In this document: positions 10,519-20,341 of the stretch, one piece after another
How positions within the stretch are numbered: position 1 is the stretch's first letter
Layout of the letters: the number at the start of each line of letters is the position of its first letter
Assembly: GCA_009859145.1 (NCBI GenBank)
Contig: VRVR01000029.1
Location: 248,292 to 312,291 of the forward strand
DNA length: 64,000 nt
Origin: Andalucia godoyi And28
Taxonomy: Eukaryota > Protista > Jakobida
Reading direction: 5' to 3'
Position numbers and translations under genes: made by a program
Notes under the pieces: model-generated
Seen by the model: the letters and a program-made list of their open reading frames with translations, nothing else
Database searches by the model: none
Told to the model about the DNA's origin: nothing

Positions 10519-10751
10519 AGACCAGCAAAGACAACGGCGACGACGACGATGACGGCGAAGCACGATTGCAAGATGTGAGCGAGGTAGCTGAGCTTACTGC
10601 CGATTCTGCAACCGCGTTTCAAACGATGCTCCCCCCCCTTCAGAAAACAACAACAAAAAAAAATATGAAGAAGACAGACAACATTGCCATTTATATTACA
10701 AAAAAGAGGGGTCGTTGGTGGGGAAAGGACGTTCGCGAGCCGCCACAGACT

Positions 10752-12689
10752 CTATATTCTCTGCCCGTAGCGTGGACGTTCTTGGTGACGTTTTCCTCGA
10801 ACCATGATTTGGTCCGAGGCCGAGTTCAATTCGAGCGACTGGCAACCGAGCGGCGTCGGACTTGCATTTGACTGTCGCAGATCCTTTTGAGGCATGTTCA
10901 TTGCTGCTGCCTTTCGTGGGACTTTTTGAGTTGGGGAAACATCCTTTTGTGAACTGCGTATTGTCGACCCGAATCCTTCAATTCGCACGTTACTTGCCGG
11001 AAGCTGGTGCGCCAGTTTGGAAGGAGATGGGTGATCCGTACTGCTTTGCTGACATTGGACGGCCACAACTGCAGCGACCTTTGCCGAGCGATGAGCGTCG
11101 GGTGAAATACGATTTGCACCAGGTGGATGCTGCTGCTTCTTGAAAGATTCCGAGACAAGAACATGATCTCCCAAATCAGCATCTTTTGGTGGCGCAATCG
11201 ATGGGAATAGCGGCTTTTGGGAGTTGCACCGGCGAAGCAGCTCTTGCTTCTTCTTTCCATGGACATGGACTTTTGACACAGCCATCGAGCACTTTTCTGA
11301 ATGATTTTTGATCCGATCGCTCGGAAACTGCTTTGAACAGCGAGGGCACATGACCGGTCGCGGGCCCAAATCTGACTCGTCTTCGTGGCACTTGTCGTTG
11401 TTGATGTCCCATGTATCCGTGAAAGAGAAAATTACCTGCTGGCCGCCGTCGTCATCATCGTAGTAAACAACTCCCGATTCCGAGATTGCACCCTTTCGAA
11501 GGTGCGATGTGTGTTTCGGAGAGTCTTTATGGAGAGCGTCCGAACGTCGATTTCCTTGCTGCTGTGCTTGCTTTGATGTGGAATGCGACGCGGAGTCCGA
11601 CAGGATCGCGGAGTCTGCGATGCGATTGAGATGCATCTCTTGCTCAACAGCAGAATGGATGATACCACCACCACCACCACCAGTGTTGTCGTTTTTGCGG
11701 CTATTGTTATTGTCGTCGTCGTCAATGAAACCGGTGTGGTTATTGTTATTATTGTTGCAGCCCCCGTTGCTGCCATTTCCGCTGCAATTTTCGTACTCCT
11801 TGGGAACGGCTTTTGCTCGATGCTTCCGCCGAGACGCATGAGCTGACGAGGATCGCAGCCGGCCATCGGGACTAGCATAAACATTCACAACTCCTCGTGA
11901 GGCGCGTCGAGTGCCATGTGCAGAGGCCGACCCTCGGCTTCCTGCACAAAACCGGTCGAATTCTGCAGGCTCGATCTTCTCCAAGACACGCTGCAAATCA
12001 AGAACCGCTTGCGCTTTTGATTCTGGGGACTGCTGCACATCCTTTGTCCTGTAATGACGATGGTGGTAGTGGTGCTGGTGGTGGTGCTGGTGATGAGGCT
12101 GTTGTGGCTGCTGTGGTAGATGATGCTGGTGGTACGGTGGCTGCTGCTGATTGTGGTGCTGATTGTGGTGATGGCTGTGGTGGGGAGGATTGTGTTGTGA
12201 TGGGGGCGTGCTATTATGCAGCGACGAACCAGTCTTGATGGATACCAACGAATCTCTCCGATGAAGATGCACGACGCCATGATGATTCTTTGAACTGCCT
12301 GCGGCGGGGGCGTTCGTAGGCTTTATCAAGGGAAAGAGGGATCCCGAAGTAGAACTAGAACCGGCGTTCGGTGCATTTGCGTTTTCGGCAACTCCATTGT
12401 TCGCATGGCCGTACCATGGGAAGCTGCTATTGCTACCGGTAGTGTTCATGCTGCTACTGATGTTCCCATTGCTGGGAACCGGCGGTGCTTTAGAAGCCCC
12501 AGCATTGCCACTGGTCGGTCCTTGTGTTTGCAAGCAAAGTGAAGAAGGAAACGAGTTGAATGAGGACGAGGGACTGGGACTGGTGATTTCCTTGCCGTAT
12601 TCCTCGTCAGCAAGCACCTGAGCATGGAAGTCTGCAAGAATCGAAGCGTGATGCCGCGAATGCCGCGATGCTTCTGGATCATCGATCAT
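10752..12689 (-). CDS. Low-complexity His/Gln/Asn-rich protein with a single C2HC zinc finger
   Basis: 645-codon ORF. 'CPRCSKQFPSDRIKNHSEKC' (Cx2C-x12-H-x3-C). Long HQ-rich tract. Confidence 0.75.
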   Translation of the reverse strand: MIDDPEASRHSRHHASILADFHAQVLADEEYGKEITSPSPSSSFNSFPSSLCLQTQGPTSGNAGASKAPPVPSNGNISSSMNTTGSNSSFPWYGHANNGVAENANAPNAGSSSTSGSLFPLIKPTNAPAAGSSKNHHGVVHLHRRDSLVSIKTGSSLHNSTPPSQHNPPHHSHHHNQHHNQQQPPYHQHHLPQQPQQPHHQHHHQHHYHHRHYRTKDVQQSPESKAQAVLDLQRVLEKIEPAEFDRFCAGSRGSASAHGTRRASRGVVNVYASPDGRLRSSSAHASRRKHRAKAVPKEYENCSGNGSNGGCNNNNNNHTGFIDDDDNNNSRKNDNTGGGGGGIIHSAVEQEMHLNRIADSAILSDSASHSTSKQAQQQGNRRSDALHKDSPKHTSHLRKGAISESGVVYYDDDDGGQQVIFSFTDTWDINNDKCHEDESDLGPRPVMCPRCSKQFPSDRIKNHSEKCSMAVSKVHVHGKKKQELLRRCNSQKPLFPSIAPPKDADLGDHVLVSESFKKQQHPPGANRISPDAHRSAKVAAVVAVQCQQSSTDHPSPSKLAHQLPASNVRIEGFGSTIRSSQKDVSPTQKVPRKAAAMNMPQKDLRQSNASPTPLGCQSLELNSASDQIMVRGKRHQERPRYGQRI

Positions 12690-12865
12690 AGTGCGCTAAC
12701 GGAACACCGACTTGAGTGTTGACTGCTCGCACAGGCCCAGAACCAAGGAAGGGGGGTGTGGATAGAAACTGGAAAGCGATTCAACAGGGAAAGTGCTATT
12801 GATGATAAAACGCACGACGAAGGTTGGTTTGCGGGAGCCACGGTGTACAACGACAGATGAAGAGC

Positions 12866-12884
12866 GGGGGGGGGGGGGGGGGGG
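12866..12884 (+). repeat. Poly-G run (19 nt), potential G-quadruplex
   Basis: Directly visible homopolymer about 180 nt upstream of the minus-strand ATG at 12689. Confidence 0.85.
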
Positions 12885-13153
12885 CAGAAAGGGGTCCTGG
12901 TGGAACGCAGTGACGTTTGAAGCCAGCAAACAGTAAAATTAACGATCAATGCTGAAGTGATACGGAACAAAACGTTGATAATGACCGCGATTCTGTACGG
13001 AAGAAAGAAACGAGCGACTGGGGTACCGAGTTGAACCCGATCTCCCACGCTTGCGGCTTGCCAACGACTTTTGAGTTTTCATTCCCAGCACGAGTTGATG
13101 GATCATTGCAGCGGCATGAGCAGCCCCCTATGCGTTGATAGGCGAAAGAACAA

Positions 13154-13480
13154 ATGGTCGTATGGGCACACTGCACGCCCTGCTCACACCTTCTCGTGAC
13201 CATCACTCGAAGTCAGCTTTCTCGAAGCCAGGTCGATCGTCTGTGTGCGGGATGCCTTTCCCAACAGCCCCGTGAAATCGTCTGCGCTCCCCCACCCTCG
13301 ATGCACCGTACACCAGGCGTTGCTGAAAGGATTCGCATGACACAGCAGACGCGCGCAACACTGAAGCTGAACGGGTCGCTCCAGCAAGTAGTCGCGCTCG
13401 GTGCCTTTCGTTTTTGTCCTGCCCCCCTTGCCTCCGCCGCCCTATCACTGACTGCAGAAATGTTCGTGGAGGTGGTGTAG
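13154..13480 (+). CDS. Possible orphan 108-aa ORF with a CxxC…CxxC pair; the frame continues past TAG to 13789
   Basis: caaATG start context and 'HCTPCSH…DRLCAGCL'. No homology recognised. Confidence 0.3.
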   Translation: MVVWAHCTPCSHLLVTITRSQLSRSQVDRLCAGCLSQQPREIVCAPPPSMHRTPGVAERIRMTQQTRATLKLNGSLQQVVALGAFRFCPAPLASAALSLTAEMFVEVV

Positions 13481-14598
13481 CTGCAGTCCACGATTCTGCT
13501 GTTGCCTGCGAGTACGCATGCCGGAAATGCTGCGAGGTGCTTTGTCCCTCGTTCTTCTCATGCTCACCCCATTCAACGCACCGTTCTTCTGAATGTCTCT
13601 TATCTTCGACTGCAAGCAGAAAATTTCATTTCCACAGCACGGTTTTATCGATTCTGTTCCTCCCCGGCTGATAAACCTTTTCCAAAGGGACGACGTGCCC
13701 ATCATCAGCAGCAGGAATCCCCGCCGAATTACTTCTTCTTCAGCGGCGAACTTTTTAGGCCTTTTTTTTTTCGGGCCGACTTCTGGTGACGTAAACTTCA
13801 AGACCACGACATTTGGGGAGAAACAAGAACCATTTTTGATCTCTCTCTCTCTCTCTCTTGACGTCAATGTGAGGAAGAAAAAGAAAAGAAAGGAAAAAAA
13901 CCGGTTTCTTTGGACGTCCGGTGGTGCGCAGCAACTGTCCCTGTGTTCTTTTTTGTGCAGAAGCACAAGCAGGGTACGCCGCGCTCCTCACTACAAAATT
14001 GTACGACTACTGGGGGAGGGGAGCCTCTTCCGATGCTGCTGCTCGCAAGATCAAGTCAGCGAATGCTGTGTGTAACACCGAGGCCTCCTTCCAAAGAAAT
14101 CGAAAAAACGAAAAAAAGAGCGCCCCTGTGCTGCTGTTTCTTCAGCAGAGAGTGACGGCACCGCTGTGTTTCGGCGATCGCGGTCTGCTTATCTCGCAGT
14201 GCTGGACACGCGAACGTTGCGTCGAGTCCGGGGCGGAGTCCGAGGTCGACGTGTGACCTGATTCCTGCGATACCTCGAGACATAGCCTTATTTATCCTGC
14301 AAGCGACCAAGTTCAACATCTTTTTGGAACGCTTGCAATTGCTGTTTCACTGTCCACTACTCTGAATTTTGAAATTCGCTGAATTTTCATGCAACTCTGT
14401 TCTCGTGCACCCATCTTCCATCATCCTGCTTACTTCGTACCCCCCAACCCCGCTTCTCTGGCAAGATGATGTGACTTCCATTTCTCTTCCACGCCCACCG
14501 CTTCTCCATCATCATCATCACCATCACCATCATCATCATCTTCATCATCATCATCTTCTTCTTCAAAGAAAATCCCAAACGAAACGAACAAGAAAAAA

Positions 14599-15372
14599 AT
14601 GTCTTCTTCAAGCCTTCTTTTGCAAATGACGGCTTCTTCGAAAGGAGGATGCGCAGTGGATCCGAATGCTGCGAAAGGATGCAAGCTGGCGTCCGGTCAA
14701 ACAGAACTTTTTTCTCATCTCGCTCTTTTTTTGCGCCGTTTTCAACGTGCTTCTTCACAAAAGAACGCGTCAAACGGGGTCGCTAGTGACAGTGGTGTCT
14801 GCAAAGACAACGACAGGAGCATCAGCATTCGCATGTTTTCCGCGAGTCCGTCTCCGACGCTGATCATGCAGCAGCACACGCATCCACTGTCACCCGTGGA
14901 AGAGATATGCAAGCTGAATCGTGCCGAGCGGTTTGTCATGCTTTGGCTCGATAGCATCTTTTTCAGCATTCTTCCATGCATGTGGGGGATCCTTCATCCA
15001 GTCGATCAGGCAAAGGCGCTGCTTCCTGCATGGGACCATGATCCCCATTTCACAGCGGTCATTGAACACGAAGTTGTGCAAGGAATCACCCGCATGTTTT
15101 GCGGCGTGTGCATCATTCTTGCATTCATGTTGCTGGTAGTCACCCTGTGGGGAGGTCCGACTGCACAGCGGCGAATGATGCAATTCCTGTCCATTGGAGA
15201 CGTCATTCACGGTGCTGCATGGTTCTACTCGATGCATGCTGCTCGAGCAGCAGTGATGAACCAAGATGTGATCTGCCATTTCCTGTTCAATACCATTAGT
15301 GCTAGCACTCGCATCCTGTACCACGCTCGAACCTCTCGGCAGCTGCGCAGATTATCCCAGAAGGAAAAGTGA
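14599..15372 (+). CDS. Hypothetical membrane protein (about 4 TM); start uncertain
   Basis: Hydrophobic segments 'FVMLWLDSIFFSILPCMWGIL', 'MFCGVCIILAFMLLVVTLW', 'FLSIGDVIHGAAWF', 'VICHFLFNTISAS'. A downstream ATG (MFSASP/MQQHTH) could be the real start. Confidence 0.65.
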   Translation: MSSSSLLLQMTASSKGGCAVDPNAAKGCKLASGQTELFSHLALFLRRFQRASSQKNASNGVASDSGVCKDNDRSISIRMFSASPSPTLIMQQHTHPLSPVEEICKLNRAERFVMLWLDSIFFSILPCMWGILHPVDQAKALLPAWDHDPHFTAVIEHEVVQGITRMFCGVCIILAFMLLVVTLWGGPTAQRRMMQFLSIGDVIHGAAWFYSMHAARAAVMNQDVICHFLFNTISASTRILYHARTSRQLRRLSQKEK

Positions 15373-15639
15373 AACCTCTGCAGCGATTCCTCCGCTTGCA
15401 ACTGATGTACCGTACGTTATTGTTCATAATTGCTGGCTGCAATTTTATAAAAAAAAACCACGAAGAACGGCGCAAAGCTCCCATACTTTTCTTTTGTATG
15501 TCGATTTTTCACGCGAAAAACAGTCGCTCAGACAGCGCGCGCGAGAAACCCATCCCATCTAAGTACATACATACACAAGCACGCACACACACACACACAC
15601 ACACACGCACGGAGACACACAGAGGCGGCGTCAATACGG

Positions 15640-16962
15640 ATGTACCGGATAGTACCGGCTGAAGATACGTCGTCAAAACAGCAGTTTAAAGGCACTGCAA
15701 AGCCACATCGACATGCGTATCTTGCAAATGTGGATCCATCTGTCGCGGCAGATACTCTGTTTCGCGTGCTGTCACAGTATGCACTTCCCCTCCCCCCTCC
15801 CTCCCCCCACCATAGTATTTATTTGCTGTCGTTATTGCTTTTGGTGTGGCCAGGACTGCGTAACTACTTACACGTCTTTCAATCAAAGGACAAAAAACAT
15901 GATTCTTCATTGACATGTACGCGCACACTGACATTGGCATTTGTTTTTCTATTTTTGTTGTTCGATAGATTTGGAGAAATTGAACAAATACTAGTGTACC
16001 CGAACTTGAGAGCCATCATGGTTTCCTTCGCCACGGTGCAATCTGCGATCAATTGCCATGACACACTGAGCAACGCGGTCCATCCAGAAATATCCAATTT
16101 AGACCGCCACATCCGCTTTGCGTATTCTCGAGAAGTATGACCCCTTTCCTTCATTCATTCATCCATCCATCCACGCGTCCATTCGTGCGTGCTGGATGCC
16201 GGATGCTTTATTCAGCTTCCTCACACAGATAGAATGACACTCATACCCATCCTTTGGTTCTATCTTGTCATTTTGCCACTCCTCCCACGGCGGTACATGC
16301 AGAAAGAAGGCTTGTCAACAGAATGGAGAATACCTGCGTTGTCGTGGAGCTCAGAGATTTCAGTTCCGGGATTGGTGCTGATACCTGATTTTGTGTCCGA
16401 GGCATTGGAGGCTGTGCTCATCCAGACATTTGACGAAAATCCGTGGACGGATCTGCTGGGTCGTCGAGTTCAGCACTACATTCGTAGTTTTGATTACAGA
16501 ACGCGGTATGCAAGTGTCGTTGCGGACGGGCTGCCGATGTTTCCAGGGCTGCAAGACGTCTTGGACATGATTGCGAATGATCACTCTTATCAAAGGCCAT
16601 GGGACGTAGCTGACCAGGTTACAGTCAACGACTATGAGCCCGGCCATGGCATTCCGCCACATGTAGACACTGTGGACGCGTTTGAGGATTGTATTATCTC
16701 CATCTCGCTGCGGTCTCCCATCATCATGGAATTTGAAAAGCAGGGAGAACCAGACCAAAGAAAACTTGTCGATTTACCTGCTCGGTCATTGGTGGCTTTC
16801 TGTGGAGATTCGAGGTACGCGTGGACTCATGGAATTCGATACAGAATGAACGACCGGTTGGACGACACAACGTTTCGCACTCGGCAGCGACGCATTAGTA
16901 TCACCGTGCGTCGCATTCGCGAAGGAGCACCTGGATCCGCAACCGCCTGCACGAACCTGTAG
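15640..16962 (+). CDS. ALKBH8: ALKBH8-like RRM + AlkB 2OG-Fe(II) dioxygenase, 3 exons: join(15640..15776,15969..16134,16303..16962)
   Basis: The RRM halves 'HAYLANV…VLSQ' and 'FGEIEQILVYP…MVSF' join on splicing. AlkB core 'VPGLVLIPDFVSE', 'RRVQHY…FDY', 'DQVTVNDYEPGHGIPPHVD', 'YAWTHGI', 'RRISITVR' has the HxD…H…R residues intact. Confidence 0.85.
15777..15968 (+). other. Spliceosomal intron (192 nt, in-frame, stop-free)
   Basis: GTATGC donor, CTGAC branch-like motif near 15927, GATAG acceptor. Removal gives LSQ|FGEIEQ. Confidence 0.8.
16135..16302 (+). other. Spliceosomal intron (about 168 nt)
   Basis: GTATGA donor after YSRE. The TGCAG acceptor is in phase 0 with the AlkB frame. The exact acceptor is less certain. 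Confidence 0.6.
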
Positions 16963-17041
16963 GGGTTGGTGGTGCTACCACGATGCGCAACGATGGCCAG
17001 TATATTGTTCGAGATTTGAGCATTCCACAAGCCACCACCGT

Positions 17042-17410
17042 TGCCACTTATTGCGATATTGATGAAGCAATCCAAAGCGCACGACAACAAAAAACACTGC
17101 CACGCGCCGTGCGCATGCGTCTGTTATCTTGGCAACTCCGTCACGCGATGTCCCATTCGTTTCGCCCCATTTTGATCATGGAATCTCTATAAACACGCCG
17201 CCGTGCTGCATTCTCGCACAGCGACGCTCATTTCATTTCTTTATTTTTATTGTTATTGTCCAACATCTATCTTGGGAACGTCTCTCATGCCGAGGGGCGT
17301 GTTGGGGCCTACCCCCCTTCCCAATCATGCTGTGCATGTTGCTGGGTTGCAGCATTGATTATGAGTGATCAGCGATGATTATCTGTGGATTAGTGTGCAA
17401 TGTAGGCGCT
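17042..17410 (+). repeat. Dispersed repeat, copy A (paralogue of 44881..45284); possible decayed 2OG-Fe(II) oxygenase fragment
   Basis: Collinear with the reverse complement of 44881..45284 from TGCCACTTATTGCG to AATGTAGGCGCT, with scattered substitutions and indels. Confidence 0.9.
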
Positions 17411-17610
17411 GCAAGAAGTTCTTTTAATTATTATCAGGATCATTATTAATCGATTAATAAATAATAATTATTTTTAATGTACAATTTTCCAAGAGTAAAT
17501 AATAAAAAAGCATACAAGGATTCGTATTCCGAGAAGAAGAAGGAGAAAAAGAACGACCGCAAAGGGTGAGGACAAGAGAGGGGGGCATGCACGCTTGGAA
17601 GAAACTGTAC

Positions 17611-19731
17611 TTACAGGATATCGGGCGACTCTGGAATGGGGGCTGCGCTTTCCAGTGACAGCCGACTTCTCGGCTTTGTAGAAATGCAGACCCATCGAGA
17701 AATGCGTTCGTACTCCGCAGCGAGCTTGACGTAGTCTCGAAACATTTGCCGAAGTTCAGCCACCGAGTACATGTCAAAGTCGCGGTTGTCGTGAAGCAGC
17801 CTCAAATGAAACTGCTGGCTCTCCGTATCCAAGCGCTTTCCGTGATCAATTCTCATGAGATCAGCGAGCGGCTGCAGCCGTGTGGCGAAGGCAACCTCTT
17901 CCTTCTCTTTGTGAATGGCCTCAACCGCATCTAGCGTCGTCAAATGCTGCACTGCAGACCTCGCGCAAGTTGCATAATATTCTGCTTCTCCTGTCATCCT
18001 CAGCGGGTGTCTCAGGTTCTCAATGTACCACAACGACGAGTGCCAGTTGGGGACGCGCGAAAGTAGCACCGTGTAGACTAGCAATGGAAAGAACTCGTCC
18101 GCACCGCTTTCGGAAGACAGCGCAGAAAACAGTATTTTGCAGCAATTCACAATGGAGACGAGTCTGTCGCGCGGTGTTCGGAACGTGCTCATCCGCCGCA
18201 ACTCAACAATGGCACGTTGGATCAGTTCGGAGTTGTCGTGCACAATCGAAGAGTCGAGGTCAAAGTGGGGCGGACGAAGAATCTTTGCATTTGCCTCGCA
18301 TCGGTCAAACAAGAAGGAGTCCAACTTCCTGTGGACTTCAGGGAAGAGATCATGCAACCTCTTCATGAGAATACGCTCCACGCAATCTCGAATGATGTCC
18401 ACATCTGTATGGGAAGCGCCGGAGATGTCGTGAACATCCATATAGTATGGCTGGAATGCAGGATGTTCCCGAAACATTCCGTCCAATCGCACCATGAAAT
18501 CACGGATGTTCTGAGCCTGCAATTCTAAAAACTCGATGGAAGCGTTGGGGCGCTGTTTCAGCTCGCCAGCAACCTGTTCAGAGAACGTGTGAATGGCAGA
18601 ATTCAGCTGCTCTGCTTCTCGAATCTTGGTGAGACACTCTCCAGTCTGCAGCCCTCGTGGCCGAAGGACCGTTGCAGCGCAAACCGAGCTCGACCGACTA
18701 CCGGAACCCGTATAGTTTGATGCAACACTGGAAGAGGCAACAGAGCCATTTGCCGACGGCTCGATCGCCATCGCCATGCTCACATCATCCATGGAAGACG
18801 ATGTGGAAAACAAACTTAGGGAATCCACAGAGTGGGGAATGCGGTACTCAATCTCGGAGGAGTCAAGGGCGTCTAGCGTTCCTGGCGAGTTGATTTCCTC
18901 GGAAGGGAACAATGGCTTGTCACTCGTTGGAGAATCCGCAAGGAGCTGCTTCTTCAAGGCTGCCGATGTACCAAAACAGGATGCGCTGTCGACGGATGCT
19001 TGTGATCCAGCAATGGAAACGGGTCTGGATGACGTGCTTTGCACCGAGCTTGCAGTGGACGGAGTAGTCGAGTACGGACTGCTGCTTCCGTTTCCAATTG
19101 TCGCAGTGGATCCCTGAGCATGAGCGCTTACGATTCGCGATACGGGCGTGGAATTTGTCAGGGACAGCGGGTGCGGGCTGTTGATCGGTGATCGTGAAGC
19201 ATTCGATTTGCGATTCTCCTTCAGCCACTCGGCACCTTCCAGCTTGATAGGTTCGGAAATGACATAAAACGGCAACGATGCGCCACAGAGCTGGATCCCA
19301 GATTGGCGCATAACATGAATTTGGGGGACCTTGTCAAGGGCGATTTCCCCAGAAGCAACCTGGTCAAACACAGTGGGGACACCTTCTCGGATCCGCGTAA
19401 AGACCGACAGTGAATCTTGGAGGAAGCGGATACGCTCTTCATCATTCGGTGGACCAGCAATGACACGCAAATCGTCCACTGCCTGCGAAATCACGCCTCT
19501 GACTCCATTAATCGTTACAAACTGAAACTGGTTTGCTGGATTGAAATACACAACATGCGTCTGTGCGAAATCCATCGAAATCACCACATCCTCTATCGAA
19601 ACGTTCTGTGGAACCAAGATTGCAGACGTCTTTTCTCGAGAAATGCTGATGATCAGATCCTGAAAATCTCGCTGATTCCGAAGCACATTCAGGAATTTGT
19701 TGTTTTCCTTTTCATACGTAAGGAACGACAT
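17611..19731 (-). CDS. VPS9-domain Rab GEF with a VARP/ANKRD27-like N-terminal domain and no ankyrin repeats
   Basis: VPS9 motifs 'PRDRLVSIVNCCK', 'SGADEFFPLLVYTVL', 'GEAEYYATCARSAV'. The N-terminus 'NNKFLNVL…ILVP…THVV…FVTINGVRGVI' resembles the VARP N-domain (by eye). Confidence 0.85.
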   Translation of the reverse strand: MSFLTYEKENNKFLNVLRNQRDFQDLIISISREKTSAILVPQNVSIEDVVISMDFAQTHVVYFNPANQFQFVTINGVRGVISQAVDDLRVIAGPPNDEERIRFLQDSLSVFTRIREGVPTVFDQVASGEIALDKVPQIHVMRQSGIQLCGASLPFYVISEPIKLEGAEWLKENRKSNASRSPINSPHPLSLTNSTPVSRIVSAHAQGSTATIGNGSSSPYSTTPSTASSVQSTSSRPVSIAGSQASVDSASCFGTSAALKKQLLADSPTSDKPLFPSEEINSPGTLDALDSSEIEYRIPHSVDSLSLFSTSSSMDDVSMAMAIEPSANGSVASSSVASNYTGSGSRSSSVCAATVLRPRGLQTGECLTKIREAEQLNSAIHTFSEQVAGELKQRPNASIEFLELQAQNIRDFMVRLDGMFREHPAFQPYYMDVHDISGASHTDVDIIRDCVERILMKRLHDLFPEVHRKLDSFLFDRCEANAKILRPPHFDLDSSIVHDNSELIQRAIVELRRMSTFRTPRDRLVSIVNCCKILFSALSSESGADEFFPLLVYTVLLSRVPNWHSSLWYIENLRHPLRMTGEAEYYATCARSAVQHLTTLDAVEAIHKEKEEVAFATRLQPLADLMRIDHGKRLDTESQQFHLRLLHDNRDFDMYSVAELRQMFRDYVKLAAEYERISRWVCISTKPRSRLSLESAAPIPESPDIL

Positions 19732-20341
19732 TTCCTCCCCAAGCAGTTGAATCTATATCCCCAATAGTTGATCAATGCAAAAATAAATTAATGAAACAGT
19801 ACAATTTGGAGGAATCAGAATTGAACAAGAAGAAAGCCGTGAAGAGAATGCTGAATGCGTAATGCTGAGTGCGTCGGGAACGTATTTTGGGTTTTTCCCA
19901 AATGGATTTCAATGGCATTTTCCGTTCTTGAAGGAAACGGGGAGAGAAGGTTCTACCGGCTACAGACGGCATGCGTTTTTCGGGTTTATTATTCGGTAAT
20001 CATTTTAAATAGTTACGCAGCGAGAGGGTGCAGACGGTTTTCCTGACGAGTTGTTTTTCTATCTGCTGTCTGACTTCTGTGACTGGGTATGGTGTTGCAA
20101 GCATCAGATCATTGCTGCCAGGTCAGTCGATATTATCATGATTTTTCGATGCAGTCTTCTTGTCGTTTGCGTGTGCATGTGTGGAATGCTGTAGAGATGG
20201 CATGATCTGAAAAAGAGTTTTATAGACATGAAAATTGTGCTCAGGAGAATATGCAGAGGAATGAGGGCGCTTGAAGCGTTGGAAAAGAGACATTGCCTGC
20301 ACCTCTGGCAACCCGCAACCGCAACCGCAACCGCAACCACT

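Noticed and set aside
14369-14684. Poly-His (+) and poly-Asp/Glu (-) ORFs over a (CAT)n/(CTT)n tract
   Set aside because: They are products of a trinucleotide microsatellite upstream of 14599, with no ATG-led, protein-like context.
9559-16302. First three introns all have 3n lengths (204, 192, 168)
   Set aside because: The sample is too small (1/27 by chance), the fourth candidate intron is 100 nt, and two of the three contain in-frame stops.
17042-17410. SECIS element or MITE/SINE interpretation of the dispersed repeat
   Set aside because: Neither upstream gene has an in-frame TGA, and no terminal inverted repeats, target-site duplication or poly-A tail are seen.
20123-20311. 62-aa minus-strand ORF downstream of the NDUFA4-like gene
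   Set aside because: Probably 3'-UTR sequence. No motif, and it is adjacent to a (GCAACC)n repeat.
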